64,000 nucleotides of DNA from Balanoglossus misakiensis (GCA_040954595.2 CM082576.2:18275028-18339027); one strand, 5' to 3'. Counted from the stretch's first letter, positions 12,613 through 26,400 are shown. The notes: generated by a model not told the origin, from the letters alone. Numbers and translations are program-made.

Positions 12613-13217
12613 TATTATCTTTTAAGTGTATGTTTAGAAAAAACAAAAAAGAACAGTTCTTCTACTGAACGCAGTCGCCTACTGCTTGTTGATATGTGTA
12701 CTGGCCCTGCAGTGCAACAACGGCATATGCTGCTGAAGAGGCAGATGTTTGACCAAATGTACCAGTGCAGTACTGAGATTGTAGAGCTGTTCAAATACGA
12801 ATTCAAAGTTTTGATTCCAATTGTTACATACACCCCCTAGACCAGTATCCAATCACTTTTATTAAAAATGATACTCACACTTCATTGGCAACTCGAACAC
12901 TACAACAACGCCATGTTTTATAGCACTGGAGGACTGACAATAGAAACAACCACAAATCCGGGTCAAGTTGGCAAAGGTCAAGGTAAACGAGAGTCCCAGA
13001 CGAGTGGTGGCGCTAGACCCGTATGCGGTCACTTGGACCAGTTCTCCTGTCAGTTGCACAAACACAGTTAGAATGCATATTCTCGTAAAGTATTTGGATC
13101 CTTATAAGTAGAAATACTTTTTTTCATGAAGGAAATAAGTTTTTAAAGGGAAGAGAGAAATTTCATGGGCCCAGGACAGCCAAGAAATTATAACAAATAG
13201 CTCTGTTAATCACTTAA

Positions 13218-15178
13218 AGAGCATATCTTGGCTCGAAACACACCTTTGAGGATAAATAATAATTGGGCTTGTGTGTTAAATACTGTTGTTCTTTTATTTA
13301 TTTCATATGGACAAATAAATGTTAAATTTAAAAATGTTCAGGGCCTGAGAAAAAAACTTCTGTTTGGGCCACGCCCATACCCGTGACGTCACAAGAGGAA
13401 CCCATTTACGTTTTCAACAGACTTAGCACTGCACATTGCAGTGGTTGAAATGCAATCATACATGTCTGTGATCTAAACAGCTTTGCTGTGTCAGCCTGGG
13501 TACAACTCTGTATCCCCCGTCCCCTTCAAAATAAACGTACATGTATACCTTATCATCTAGGGGAGATGCGATTATGAAAAAAAACTACTCGGCCCGGCTA
13601 GGCTACGGCTACACATTGCAAGCAGTACACAACATGCAATGGCAGCGGATGTGTATAGGGGCCCTACACATACAATGATTGCTGCCTCGATTAAACCGTG
13701 GAATATTGCCCAGAGGTTTAGGTCTAGAGTGCTGGGTCTAAATCTACTTATCTTGGACAATGTCAACTTATTGATAACTGATCGTGGTCTTTTGGCGATT
13801 TTCGATCACTGCCTCAACAGACAAAATACGCTCGTGTTATTACAAGGGAACTCCATCAGCGCCGATGCGTGTACACGCAGTCAGCAGCGATGACACATAT
13901 CGCGCCGCGATGTATATGTACCATGCCAGCACTAAAATTCTGTCTTCTGAATTACATGTAAGCTATATGCCTTTTTGGTGATGACAAACAGAAACATTTA
14001 TGACTTGTCGCTGTAATCATGAAAGTTCCTTCACATGCTTCATACTGCATTATAACAAAATGAAACCATACAACCAACAGCAACAGGCGATCGTGCCGGG
14101 GCGACCCACTCACGCTCACAAAGCATGAAACATTTTCATTGATACACACGAATATCCAAGTTTGGAAACGGTTTTCACTCACACGAAGCAAAATTTATTC
14201 AACACACTTTGTTTCAAAATTTGTACAGTGTGTTTTGGAGCCGATGAGTCGGACATAGTGCGACGTAAAACTTGTAAACAAAGAAATTAGAAAAGAAAGA
14301 TGGCGACCATTCAGCCGAAGCCATACAAAGGTATGACTGAAAGAAATGTGAAATAGTAACAGTAATATTTTGAACTTTCAAGTTTTTACATTGATTGCTG
14401 TCAACCTTAATTATCGAAGTTTGCGGTCCCTGGGTACCGGGTAGCCAGACAAAAGAGTGAATAATTATAAGCAATCTCGACATGATGTCGGCCAGCGCAA
14501 AATTGTGTTTACGCATCCTGCCAGTTCACCTACAACTGTGTAATCGCGGTCGCTGGAACACTGAATGAACACCAATATCGGGTATAAACGATCAGTTGTG
14601 CTCTGAATTGAATATTGATCACTGGTCGACCTCTCTTACTGACAGGCTTCTATTTTCCTGTAAGGGTGCTGATTGTCTTCTTGTGATTCGAACCTGGCCG
14701 ATTATCATTCAACGGTCATGCATTGACAGTTACCGCCACGGCCGTCACCGGCACCGCGCCGACTTCATATACACCGTACGATGTTGATGATCGTGGCATA
14801 GACTTTCATTCATTTTTGTGGAACTCACACGGGTGACTCCCGTCTAGGTAATGTGTTGCTGCAACCACGGCAAACAACTCCCTTTCCCATTGTGGTATTA
14901 CAGAGAAAAGCACGAAAACAACGCATCACACCTGTGAGCATCGCTAAAGCTGATCTACCTGAGGGGAACCTCCTGTGACGTCACGTCACGTGACCAAAAT
15001 GCAGCAAATCTGAACTCGGACTTTTCGAGACAGGGTGGATTTTGAAGTATTTTATGAGAACAAAACGAATATTATAGAAATCGATACCCGAAAAATATTG
15101 TAATTTTTGGAAAATATTAGATTTCTTTTGAACATTTTTTAATCTTCTGATATGATTTCAAAAGGCAATATATGCTCT
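13218..15178. mobile_element. Non-autonomous Kolobok-like DNA transposon
   Basis: TTAA|AGAGCATAT...ATATGCTCT|TTGA, with imperfect TIR extension. Subterminal GTGACGTCAC palindromes at ~13383 and ~14976. No intact ORF. Confidence 0.5.
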
Positions 15179-15279
15179 TTGAAGGGACAGTAATGCCTAA
15201 CCAGACCAACCTAAGTTGACCCCTCACCCCATTTTCCCCTTTGAAATAAAATCCCTAAAGATTGGTAACACCTTCAATA

Positions 15280-17498
15280 TCATGTAAATTTTTGAAATTT
15301 TCTCATTTTCCCCATGTTTTTGGTGTAAAAAATGACAAAAAAGTTTTTGCTTAGCCTAAATACATGATACATGCATCTACCAGTCGCAGCCCCCAGCACT
15401 TTTCTCGAACTGTAGCCATAACATGCATTCATCATCACCAAAGGGCACATGGCACACTTTACAACAGTCACGTTATTTGTTGTCATGGAAGTCAAGACGG
15501 CGCCTCTTCCTTGTGTTTGTTGCTGATGGCATACGTGCAGTTGCCCACTTCATCACCTCTTTTTCTTTCTTCTTCCTTTCTCTCTCTCTCTCTCTCTCCT
15601 TTTTATTCTCTCTCGAGTCTTTTCTTAGCTACGGTTTCTTCTCGCTGCTTCTTTTGCTTGCTTTTTTGCCGCAACCGGTCTTGCCTTTCTTTGATTTGAC
15701 GAAGATGTTTTAGATGTTCTTCCTGGTAGACCTTTTTGGCACTCGGATCATTTAAGAAGTTTGGAAGATGCTGAAGAACACTTTTTGCTCCAGGCTTTTT
15801 CTTTCTCTTCCCAATTTCCGGATATGAGAGCACTTAATCTAGGACTGGAGATACTTTATTACATGGTGGTGTTGTGCCTGTAATTTTCCTGTAACTTGAG
15901 GTGACTGGTGTACTTGTACATTCAGATGATGGGGCTGCTTTGCTTGCAACTGATTGGTTTGATGTGACACTGGTGTTGCTTGTGGCAGAGGAATCTATTG
16001 CTGTGTTGGACTCTGCAGACACACCTTTGTCGTTATCAGATGAGTGTGAAGACGTAGCAGCTCCACTTTCAATACTATGTGCTTGATTCGGAATGATGGA
16101 CTGCCAGGCAAGTCGTAGCCCTCTTCAATTCGTTTTCGGTACTTTTCCTTCTCAGGTGTAGTCATTACCTCTTCAACCATTTCCAAGAGACTGTTGATGG
16201 TGTACTGTTGATGGTGTTCTTCACTGCTGCCCGTGTCTCCATCTGGCTTTCCTCAACATCTTTATCGGCCGTGCAATCTTGAAAAGTAGTTGAAGGGAGC
16301 AGCATATCACTTGGAATGTTTGAGCTATTGATTGGATATATTCCTGATCTCAGAACACTGTTGGTTATATTCATCACGTTGCACCACGTTGCCATGCAGA
16401 TCTGAACACCCTGGCAAAAGTATTTTGGGTGACCTCTTCGCCAGGACTTTCCGCCATGAATTCCCTGACTGTGGTGACCCATGCAGCTTTCAAGGGACCA
16501 AAGAGAGGGACATCACACAGTTGCAGGAAATGTGATGCGTTCGGCAAAAGTCGGTATAGCAAGATGTTGTGCTCTTTTGCAAGCTTGAATATTTCGAAAT
16601 CCAAATGAGAGATGTGGCTGTCAAAATATAGCACTACAGGTCTTATCGCCGTTAAGTTTGGAATAAATTGGTTTGCAAGCCATGCATAACACGTCTCAGT
16701 TTCCATCCAGCCAGTTTCTGTGAAATAGCAGCTGGCTCCTTCAATTCCTCCCGACAATGGATTCCATGATCGTGGAACGGTCTTCAATGGGAACAAGTGG
16801 CAAGGTGGAATTGACCCACCAACAGCGTTGATACAGGCCAAGACAGTTATTTGAGTCTTGCTGTTTGCTGTTATTTGGGGAAGGGCACCACTTCTGTTTC
16901 TTGCTGGTCCAAGCACTTTCCCAGTCTTTACTTGCATACAGAAACCAGATTCATTCCAATTCCAGATCTGAGCTGGCTTGTTGAGCAAATCATGATCCGA
17001 AATAAACTTCTCATACTCTCCAAAACACTCAGCCACCTCCCTCTGGGTCACCTTGGCACGTTTCAAATCCAGGTTTCTGGTACTTACAAGTTTCATCAAT
17101 GGATTCCTCTTCAGGAAGGACCTGTACCATCGATCACCGGGAAGATTTGGAGGTTCTTTATTTTTCAAAATGGTGTCTCTTTTGTCCTTGTCCAGAATAG
17201 CTTTCACAGTCTGGAATAATCTATTTTTACTGACACCAAATCCTCCTTGACCCATACTGATGATCCATTCTGCTAGTTTCTTTACCTCTGCCGTTGTAAG
17301 TATTTGTGGTGGCCCTTTACGTCTATCAATGTAAACTTTTCCAGTGACTCTGTCACTCAGTATTGACCGCTTTACTCCCCACTTTGCAGCTGCTTTTCTC
17401 AGTGACATGTTGTACTCAACAATATCTGTCACAGCTCCCACAAACACCTTTTCTCTTTTCATGACTTCACTAAACAAACAAAAACCATACATGAACAA
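15280..17498 (-). pseudogene. pogo/Tigger-type (HTH-psq, CENP-B HTH, DDE_1) transposase, decayed
   Basis: MSLRKAAAKWGVKRSILSDR HTH. Catalytic motifs IWNWNESG (first Asp replaced by Asn), YFDSHISH and LQLCDVPLFGPLK. The C-terminal charged and Cys-rich parts are spread over several frames. Confidence 0.85.
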
Positions 17499-17559
17499 TT
17501 ACATTTCTGCTAATAAATAACTTCACATTACTCTACACTATATTTTCATAATTACTTGA

Positions 17560-18817
17560 TTTTTAGGTCCCATTGGTATAGGCCTATATACCATGGGACC
17601 TTATGGGATGGGTTGCGTCTGTATGTATGTATGGATGGATGGATGTATGTATGGATGTATGGATGTATGTCTGTATGTCCGTCCACATCAAAAACTTGAA
17701 AACCGCTACGCGTATCACCTCAATATTTGGTGTGTAGGTGCAGGCAGGGCTGTAGATGGGAGTTTGTCCAAACGAAGTTGCCAGGCCCAAAAATATGCAA
17801 ATTAGCCTGTAAAATGTGAAATTGATCAAAACTCTGTAAGTCAATAATTACTGGTCAGATTTCTTTGAAAATTGGTATGCATGTACCTTATGTCAACCTC
17901 ACACCGACCTGTAAGTGTTCAGGTGATATCATGGATGTTTTATTTTTTATGAATTTTTTAGTCTTTTTATTAAATTTATACCTTTACTTATACCTCTATG
18001 GTTAAGCTATGTCCACGTCTTACTGTGGAATTCTGGTCTGTGCAATAGTCCTGTACAGTGACTGTCTATTGGTCAGTGAGCACAATGGGGCCAAAATAAA
18101 AGGCAAATTTTTGGGCTCACCTGTAACACCTGCTTAACACATTAATTATGTGCATACCTAATTCCGGGCTAACTAATAGGGCTAGAGGTTTCGTTCTTGT
18201 GGGACATGGACCAGTATGAGGTCAAAATTTCTTGCCCAAATTTTGGGTGACCTCAGGTGACCTTTGACCTACTTTCCTATATCTTGGCATCCAGAGCAGG
18301 TACAGACTTGGCGTTTGGAGGGTTGGGACTAAAATTGAAAAGCCAAAATTGGGGGCCACCTGTGACACCTGCATATCTCATTAATTATGTGCATACCTAA
18401 TTCCAGGCTAACCAATAAGGCTATAGGTTTGGTTTTTATTGAACATGGACCAGTATAAGGTCAAAATTTCTTGCCCAAATTTTGCATGACCTCAGGTGAC
18501 CTTTGACCTACTTTATCATATCTTGGCATCCAGAGCAGGTACAGACTTTGGGTTTGGAGGGTTGGGACTAAAATTGAAAAGCAACAATTGGGGGTCACCT
18601 GTGACACCTGCGTATCTCATTAATTATGTGCATACCTAATTCCAGGCTAACCAATAGAGCTATAGGTTTGGTTTTTGTTGAACATGGACCAGTATAGGGT
18701 CCAAATTTCTTGCCCAAATTTTGCATGACCTCAGGTGACCTTTGACCTACTTTTCCATATCTTGGCATCCAGAGCAGATATGCTTATTGCTATGTTGCTA
18801 TGTGCTATGTCCTCAAA
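17560..18817 (+). mobile_element. HINE with (GTAT/GGAT)n microsatellite and about three copies of the ~240-bp satellite, 3'-truncated
   Basis: 5' hairpin GGTCCCATTGGTATAGGCCTATATACCATGGGACC and a microsatellite at ~17618-17680. 17965-18817 is the reverse complement of ~62984-63830. Confidence 0.75.
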
Positions 18818-19889
18818 TGGGACCACAGTGTCCTTGACGCTATTTTTTAAAATATTCAGATTGTTTACTTGTACCTGTTGAAATTATAACATTTTGATGG
18901 TTTAAAGCCCCAGTATTTCTCGTGTGTATCCATTTTTCATCATCGAAAAAGCCCGTTTTTCCTGTACATTCATCATGGAATACTACATAATGAAGATGTA
19001 AGAAAGGTTTGGGCAGTTGTAGCTACATGCAAGCCGAAAATATTGCCCGTAACACTTGAAATGATGCGCGGGTTTGTTTACATTGGAAACGGTGTACATG
19101 TGACCGAGAATGCTTATAGCGATGACGCATCAATCTCGCGAGATGATTGGGATTACGCGTGATCAATACAATACGGACATCGCAGGGCTCTGGTCACTTT
19201 CTTACGGTCGATCAGCAAACATGCCATTTCGACATTTGATGTCAGACCATTTTGGATTTGATCTGGTTCCATCGACTGATTTCATCCTATATATTTATCT
19301 TCCCGGAATTTCGCCAAATTAGGGAAGATGTCATTTTCAAGTAGGCAGTACCGCACGCGGTTCCCCCGACCTCGCATTCGCATAGTATACCTCCTCTCAT
19401 GTTATATGACGTGAATATTCATGAGCAACTCATTACCGGGGTCGTTCACACCTTGAACTAGTGCCATTATATTGTCTAAAGAGCCCTGTAGTTCAACAGT
19501 AACCCTGCGGTAGCAAATGGCCAGAACGGCTCCAATAATTGAGAGTGAAAAAATCACGAGAATATGATCTTATTTTTCCCCTTTTGCGCGACCAAGTAAG
19601 AGATCATGTTAGTTATTTATAGAAGCAGGCAATCGCGCACTCAAGTGTCCCATACTGACCACAGAAGGTCATGCCCTCGCTAAAAGCAGAGATGTAGAAA
19701 ATAGTCGGAAGCCAGAAAAATAGCCGGCTGTATAGCAAAAAATTTCCGCCTGTAAACAGAGGAAAATCGCTGGCCTGTTTTTTTTTTTTATGTAAAATCT
19801 TTTCATTTTCGCCGGCTTGGGTGAACGCGTACAAGAGAATCAATTTTCACAGTGTATGACCTTACGACCTGTAAACGATTGCCTGCAAA

Positions 19890-22149
19890 CGATACTGATC
19901 ACGATGTGTACTCCAAAAAGTCCAAATTTTTCGCACTATTTGCAGCATAACTCCAATGATCTTATTTGCACTGCTGCGGTGCAAATAAGAGTTCCCTGCA
20001 CCGCAGCGGTGCGAATAAGAGTTCCCTGCCCCGCAACGATCTGACAGTTCTTTATTCACTCGTCGGCGACAAAAACGTTTTATTACGACATAAATAACGA
20101 ATTTTTCGCTCCATGGTTGGTCATGCGGACAGAAACACACGGTTTTTGGTGAGTTTATCTTTCTCTCTCCTGAGCACTCCGTATTCAGACTTGCCCAAGT
20201 GAACCGCGACAAAAAATGGCCAAGTTTCCCTGCATGTTTCTTATACCCTACAGATAAAAAATGCAGCGTAGATATTGAAATGAATTGGCTTTATGAAAAT
20301 GCTAAAAATGACACTGATAATGTCGTTAAACATTATCACAAAAAAGTGGTCTCGAACCAACATCAGTTGACACCTTCAGGTAAAAGGGTAGCCTTCCTGA
20401 ACCCTTCGCCATCACGATGTGTACTCGAAAAAGTCGGAAATTTTTCGCACTATTTTGCAGCATAACTCCAATGATCTTATTTGCACCGCAGCGGTGCAAA
20501 TGAGAGTTCCCTGCACCGCAGCAGTGCAAATAATAGTTCCCTGCACCGCAGTGGTGCGAATAACAGTTCCCTGCACCGCAGTGGTGCGAATAACAGTTCC
20601 CTGAACAGCAACGATCTGTCCGTTCTTTATTCCCTCCTAGGCGACAAAAACGTTTTATTACGGCCTAAATAACGACTTTTTCGCTCCTTGGTTGGTCATG
20701 CGGACGGAAAGACACGGTTTTAGCGAGTTTATCTTTCTCTCTCCTGAGCACTCCGTATTCACACTTGCCCAAGTGAACCGCGACAAAAAAATGACCAAGT
20801 TTCCCTGCATGTTTCTTATGCCCGACAGATAAAAAACGCAGCGTAGATATTGAAATGAATTGGCTTTATGAAAATGCTAAAAATTACACTGATAATGTCG
20901 TTAAAAATTCTCACGAAAAAAAAAATAGAAAAAGAAGTGGTCTCGAATCAACATCAGTTGACACCTTCAGGTAAAAGGCTAGCTTTTCTGAACCATTCGC
21001 CATCACGATGTGTACTCGAAAAAGTCGGAAATTTTCGCACTATATTGCAGCATAACTCAAATGATCTTATTTGCACCGCAGCGGTGCTGTTACGATATAT
21101 AAAAATAGGAAAATTAAGAATTTCGCTCATAATAAAGAATTGTAATTTCTATGATTAATTTCCAATTAGATTAGTAACTCTGTGTATAGAGGTCAATAAC
21201 TCCATGTATAGAGGTCAAATACCTTTAGGTAAGACATTAATTAATAGCCACAACATTTAATTACCTTGGAGATATCGAGTACCTTACAAATAATGAGACC
21301 TGGGAATTTCAATCAACGAATGAGTTTTAATTACATATTTTACGTAATGTACCTCTATATTATTAAAATACGAGGGAGGAGATGTTTGCATACGATGGTT
21401 GCTAGTCCTTGTATTCGATCACCTTCAGTTGGTCGTGATCTTGACAGAGATAATTTCTTCTTTGAGAACCGACAGCCAATCCGAAGGATATTTCAGTGTG
21501 TAATAATTTTGTAATTGGACGATCAAGAATATGCCGATGTGTTGTAAAGTTGTAATTGGACAATGAGAATCACACTATGATGAATCTTTGATTTCTCTTC
21601 TTTCTCAAAGACATATAAACTCTGTAATTTCTTGCTTTTGGGTAGAACAACCATCTTGCAGACAACCGTGTGTTGTAAAGCCTTTGCACCAGAAATAAAG
21701 CATTCTGACTCCCACTACTTCCAGTCTCAACGAGTCTCTACTTTGGTAGATCCTGTACACCTCTTTGCTACTGCAAAGTTAGAGTACCATCTGGACCAGC
21801 CGTAACAGTGCAAATAAGAGTTCCCTGCAACGCAGCGGTGTAAATAAGATTTCTCTGCACCGCAGCGATCTGACCGTTCTTTATTCACTCCTCGGCGATA
21901 AAAACGTTTTATTACGGCCTAAAAACGCAGCGTAGGTATTGAAATAAATTGGATATATGAAAATAATAAAAATTACAATGATAATGTCGTTAAAAGTTCT
22001 CACGAAAAAAAGAAATAAAAGAGTGGTCTCGAACCAACATCAGTTAACACCTTCAGGTAAAAGGTTAGCCTTTGTGAACCATTCGCCATCATGATGTGTA
22101 CTCGAAAAAGGCGGAAATTTTCCGCACTATATTGCAGCATAACTCCAAT
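19890..22149. repeat. Complex tandem array (~0.5-0.6-kb units with 30-bp palindromic subrepeats)
   Basis: Unit marker (A)TCACGATGTGTACTC recurs at ~19899, 20411, 21002 and 22088. The subrepeat GCACCGCAGCGGTGCAAATAAGAGTTCCCT occurs in variable number per unit. Confidence 0.85.
21088..21807 (+). mobile_element. Solo LTR (720 bp) of the adjacent Gypsy family
   Basis: TGTTACG...CGTAACA termini and a 4-bp TSD GTGC (21084-21087, 21808-21811). Its last ~180 bp are near-identical to 22147-22328. Confidence 0.9.
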
Positions 22150-22285
22150 TTCTTGCTTTTGGGTAGAACAACCATCTTGCAGACAACCGTGTGTTGTAAA
22201 GCCTTTGCACCAGAAATAAAGCATTCTGACTCCCACTACATCCAGTCTCAACGAGTCTCTACTTTGGTAGATCCTGTACACCTCT

Positions 22286-23404
22286 TTGCTACTGCAAAGT
22301 TGGAGTACCATCTGGACCAGCCGTAACATTTGGTGGAGAAGTCCGACGGGTATCGAAGCAAACTCGTTGATGACAACACGTAGTGGGACGAGATACAGCA
22401 TCAGAATGGCAGATAACCAACTTCCACTACCACTAGAGGCAGAAGTGAAAGCAGAGGCAGAGCCACAACAACCGGCTCCTGAACAAGCGGCAGAAGTACA
22501 AGGTGCTGAATGGCAGGGCATCTTACAAGCCCAGCTGGCTGAAATCCGTTTGGCTTGTACTGATAGCTCAGACGGTTTATCACCAGCAACCTTCAGAGGT
22601 CGTGAAGACGAAAACGTACATCAGTGGTGGCAAAGATACCTAGACTTTGCCAACTTCAGGGGCTGGGCGGACGACAAGAAACGAAGCGGCATTGGTCTAT
22701 ACCTTGCCGGAGAGGCCGAACGATGGTTCCGGAGCCAGCCTGACGAGGTGAAGAACGACCTCGAGACCATCGGAACTAAGCTGCGGGAACGCTTTGGTAA
22801 GTATGGCCCTATGTGGCTGTACGACCAACAGCTATACAAGCTTAGACAGCAGCCCCGCCAGTCGGTCGAGCAATATGCAGCTTTGCTCAAAGATAAAAGC
22901 GACAAGGCGCAAAAATCCGACAGGGAGCTCCTGTCTTTCTTCATGAACGGCCTGAGACCTAAAATACAGGCCTTCGTGGCGGGACGGACTCCTAAGGATT
23001 TTGCGTCGGCGTATCTACACGCCAAAACAGCTGAAGTTGTCACCAAGCTCCCCTCAGACGAGGATGAACCCACCCCCGGCGTCCGAGCGATCATCGGCCA
23101 CCTGAACACTTTATCTGAAGAGATCAAGACCCTTCAGAGCAGAGCAGACCAGAAACCGCAACATCCAGGGGACCGACGTTCAGAACAGAGGCGACCACCT
23201 GCCGACTACGCAAGACGACCACCTGCTACCTATGGAGGACGAGCAATACGAAATGCTCAGGTAGAATGCTTTAATTGTCGTCAAATAGGTCATAGTGCTC
23301 CCAATAGTAACTCCCGCAGATATTTTGATACTCAAATTTGTTATTCTTGTAAACAACCTGGGCATATCGCACGAAATTGTCGACGTGCTCATTTAAACAA
23401 TTAA
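22286..23404 (+). CDS. gag: Gypsy Gag with zinc knuckles (true start probably at a downstream ATG, 22369 or 22406)
   Basis: Retrotransposon-gag motifs FRGREDENV and YLAGEAERWF. Knuckles CFNCRQIGH (incomplete) and CYSCKQPGHIARNC. Confidence 0.9.
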   Translation: MLLQSWSTIWTSRNIWWRSPTGIEANSLMTTRSGTRYSIRMADNQLPLPLEAEVKAEAEPQQPAPEQAAEVQGAEWQGILQAQLAEIRLACTDSSDGLSPATFRGREDENVHQWWQRYLDFANFRGWADDKKRSGIGLYLAGEAERWFRSQPDEVKNDLETIGTKLRERFGKYGPMWLYDQQLYKLRQQPRQSVEQYAALLKDKSDKAQKSDRELLSFFMNGLRPKIQAFVAGRTPKDFASAYLHAKTAEVVTKLPSDEDEPTPGVRAIIGHLNTLSEEIKTLQSRADQKPQHPGDRRSEQRRPPADYARRPPATYGGRAIRNAQVECFNCRQIGHSAPNSNSRRYFDTQICYSCKQPGHIARNCRRAHLNN

Positions 23405-26400
23405 GGCCCACTTGGGATATTTGTTCCGCTGAGTCACCCAGTGAACGGCCGCAATTTGGATTTAATCAGACTCGTAAGGGAGCGCAGGACATAAGGGGCA
23501 CTAGTGGTCAATCTGATGAAACCCCTATTCTTAGTGATAATAAGATTATTGTTTCCATTTGTTCAAGAGATGTACATTCTTTAATTAATACCGGAGCAAA
23601 CATAACTGTCGCACCAATCCGACTGTTGAAAATGGTTCCTGAACTGAGCAAATATCAAATTTATAAATCTCGTTATCATTCTGTTCAAACTGCTGATGCA
23701 AGTAAACTAAATGTGATGGGATTTATGAAAATACCTGCTCAAGTTGGGAATCAAACGGTAATTTTATACGTTAACCTTGTCGACACTCTCAGCCATGATT
23801 TAATTTTGGGTGTTGATTTTATGCGACGTTATGGTGCTGTTGTTAATTTCCAAACCAATAGTATAAATTTAAAATCAAAGGTATCTGTCAGGGCTAGTAA
23901 TAATGTTTTAATTCCTCCAAATAGCGAAGCAATATTTACAACTAAAGTGTCTTCTAAATTTCGAAATGGTATTCTAGGTTGTGTTAACGATAAGAGGTCT
24001 AAATTACCTCCTGGTGTTCTAATGGCGAGAAGTTTGGCATATTCCGACAAGAAATTTATTCCTGTGCGTGTTGTTAATACTTTAGAATCTGAAGTTTGTA
24101 TAAAGAAAAATACTGTTGTCGGAATGTTCTCGCCCTTGCCTGTTCAAAGTCATATCATTCCTTTAGATAAGCCTAATGTTAGCACAGTATCGTCAAGTGT
24201 TAAACAGACCAAAACAAATTACTTGTTGACTCAATTGCGATTAGACAACTTAGATGTAAATAATGAAGAGAGGGAACAACTTAAACAGGTGTTGCTCAGA
24301 AACTCTGATGCTTTTGTTGATTCTACTGGCAAATTAGGTCATTGTGATATAATCAAGCATACAATCCCACTTGAGGAGGGGGCCGTACCATTTAGACGTC
24401 CACCGTACAGAGTAACGCCGGAGAAAAGGCGAGAATTAGAATCACAAGTTGACAAATTATTAGCGCAGGGTATAATTGAACCATCTACCTCTCCATACGC
24501 GAGTCCAGTTTTTTTAGTTCGCAAACCCGACGGATCGTGGCGATTTTGTACTGATTTTCGACAATTGAACTAAATTACTGTGCCTGACTCTTTTCCCTTG
24601 CCGCGAACAGACGAATCACTTGAAATGTTAGGGAGAAGCAAGCCGCAGTATTTTTCCACTTTAGATTTACAGTCTGGATTTTTTCAGTTAGATTTAGACG
24701 AAGAGAGTAGACCTAAGACAGCTTTTGTAACTCATCAAGGGTTATACCAATATCGTCGCCTAGCTCAAGGATTACGCAACAGTGCTAGTTGTTTTCAACG
24801 CACCATGCAATTTGTTTTGCGCAATATTATGTGGCAATATGTACTTTGTTATATCGACGACATAATAGTTTTCAGTAGCACATTCGAAGAGCATTTGCAA
24901 CATCTTGACACAGTTTTGACTAGATTACGCGACGCCGGACTTAAGTTAAAACCCGGCAAATGTCAATTAATGAGAAAGAGCGTTAAATTTCTAGGTCATA
25001 TTATAGACCGAGACAGAATCGCTGTTGACGAGAGCAAAGTGACCGTTGTCAAGAATTATCCCCGCCCTCACACTGTCACGCAACTTAAGTCATTTCTAGG
25101 TTTAGCTAATTACTATCGGAAATTCATTAAGAATTTCTCCATTATCGCCAGGCCATTGCATAAGTTGTTGGGTAAGGATGGAAAATTCCTTTGGAATGAA
25201 AGGTGCGAAGCTGCATTTCAACAGTTGAAACAGGTTTTATGCGAAGCACCGATATTGGGGTATCCTGATTCCAGTAAAGATTTCATTGTTTATACGGATT
25301 GTTCCACTCATGCACTTGGTTTTTTATTGGCACAACAACAGGATGGTATTGAACGAGTTTTTTTGTATGGCGGGAGAAGTTTAAATTGTCATGAACGAAA
25401 TTATACAGTAACTGAAATGGAAGCATTGGCGGTAGTCCATGCCATTCGTTATTGTGATCCATACATTCGTAATAATCATATCACCATAGTAACGGACCAA
25501 TCCAACTTAACATACATGTTCAAACAGAAAATACCTAAAGGCCGTATTGGACGTTGGATCATGACCATGCAACAATATGACTATGAAATTATTTACAGAC
25601 CTGGTAGGAAACATATGAATGCTGACGGGTTGTCAAGGCGACCTTATCCCCAGTGTGAAGGGTACAAGTCTGATGTAACTAACTTAGAGCAGGCACCCGA
25701 GATAAACTACAAACCTAATAGCCAAATCGTAATGTTAGATAAGTCTGTAAATACTGAGCCATCACATCCGCTTGGTGTAAAAAATGTTGAGATAAGGCAT
25801 CGACCGGAACCTGAGGTTAATGATTCTCCTAATACTGAGGCCACCTCAGGTTACGGGACTTTAACTCGTAGCTCCGATAATTCCTCTCAGTCACAAATCG
25901 AGGATACATTTGATGAAGAGGTTCAATCACAAATGAAGGGAGAGCAAAGAAAGGATAGTTATCTAAATAAATTTCTTAATTATTTGGAGAATGATGAATT
26001 GCCTACTGATCTCAAGCTAGCTCGTAAATTGGTTAATATGGCTCCAAATTATGACATTGTTGACGGGGTTTTGTATCATTTTTGGAAACCCACGGGGAAA
26101 TCAATTGATAAGCTTGACTGTGTTAGGCAGGTCGTAATACCTAAATCTTTACGAAATTATCTCTTAAGGGGGGCTCACGATTGTGTTTTGGGGGGACATT
26201 TAGGGTATACCAAGACGTTAGGAGTTCTGAGGCAGAGATATTTTTGGGAACGAATGCCTCGGGACGTTAACATGTACGTTAAGACGTGCGCACATTGCCA
26301 CACAAGAAAACGAGCCACACCCCCAACACACGCCAAGTTGTTACCTATTCCAGTTTCAGGACCCTGGGACCGATTGGGTATGGATATTGTGGGACCACTC

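Noticed and set aside
13900-14900. Possible THAP-domain remnants inside the Kolobok-like element
   Set aside because: Only scattered Cys-rich fragments are present, and no complete C2CH motif could be reconstructed.
18835-18841. CACAGTG (Transib/RSS-like heptamer) near the HINE truncation point
   Set aside because: No partner terminus or TSD could be identified, and a 7-mer is expected by chance.
19960-20610. 30-bp palindromic repeats resembling a CRISPR array
   Set aside because: The repeats are contiguous with no unique spacers, there are no cas genes, and the context is eukaryotic TE DNA.
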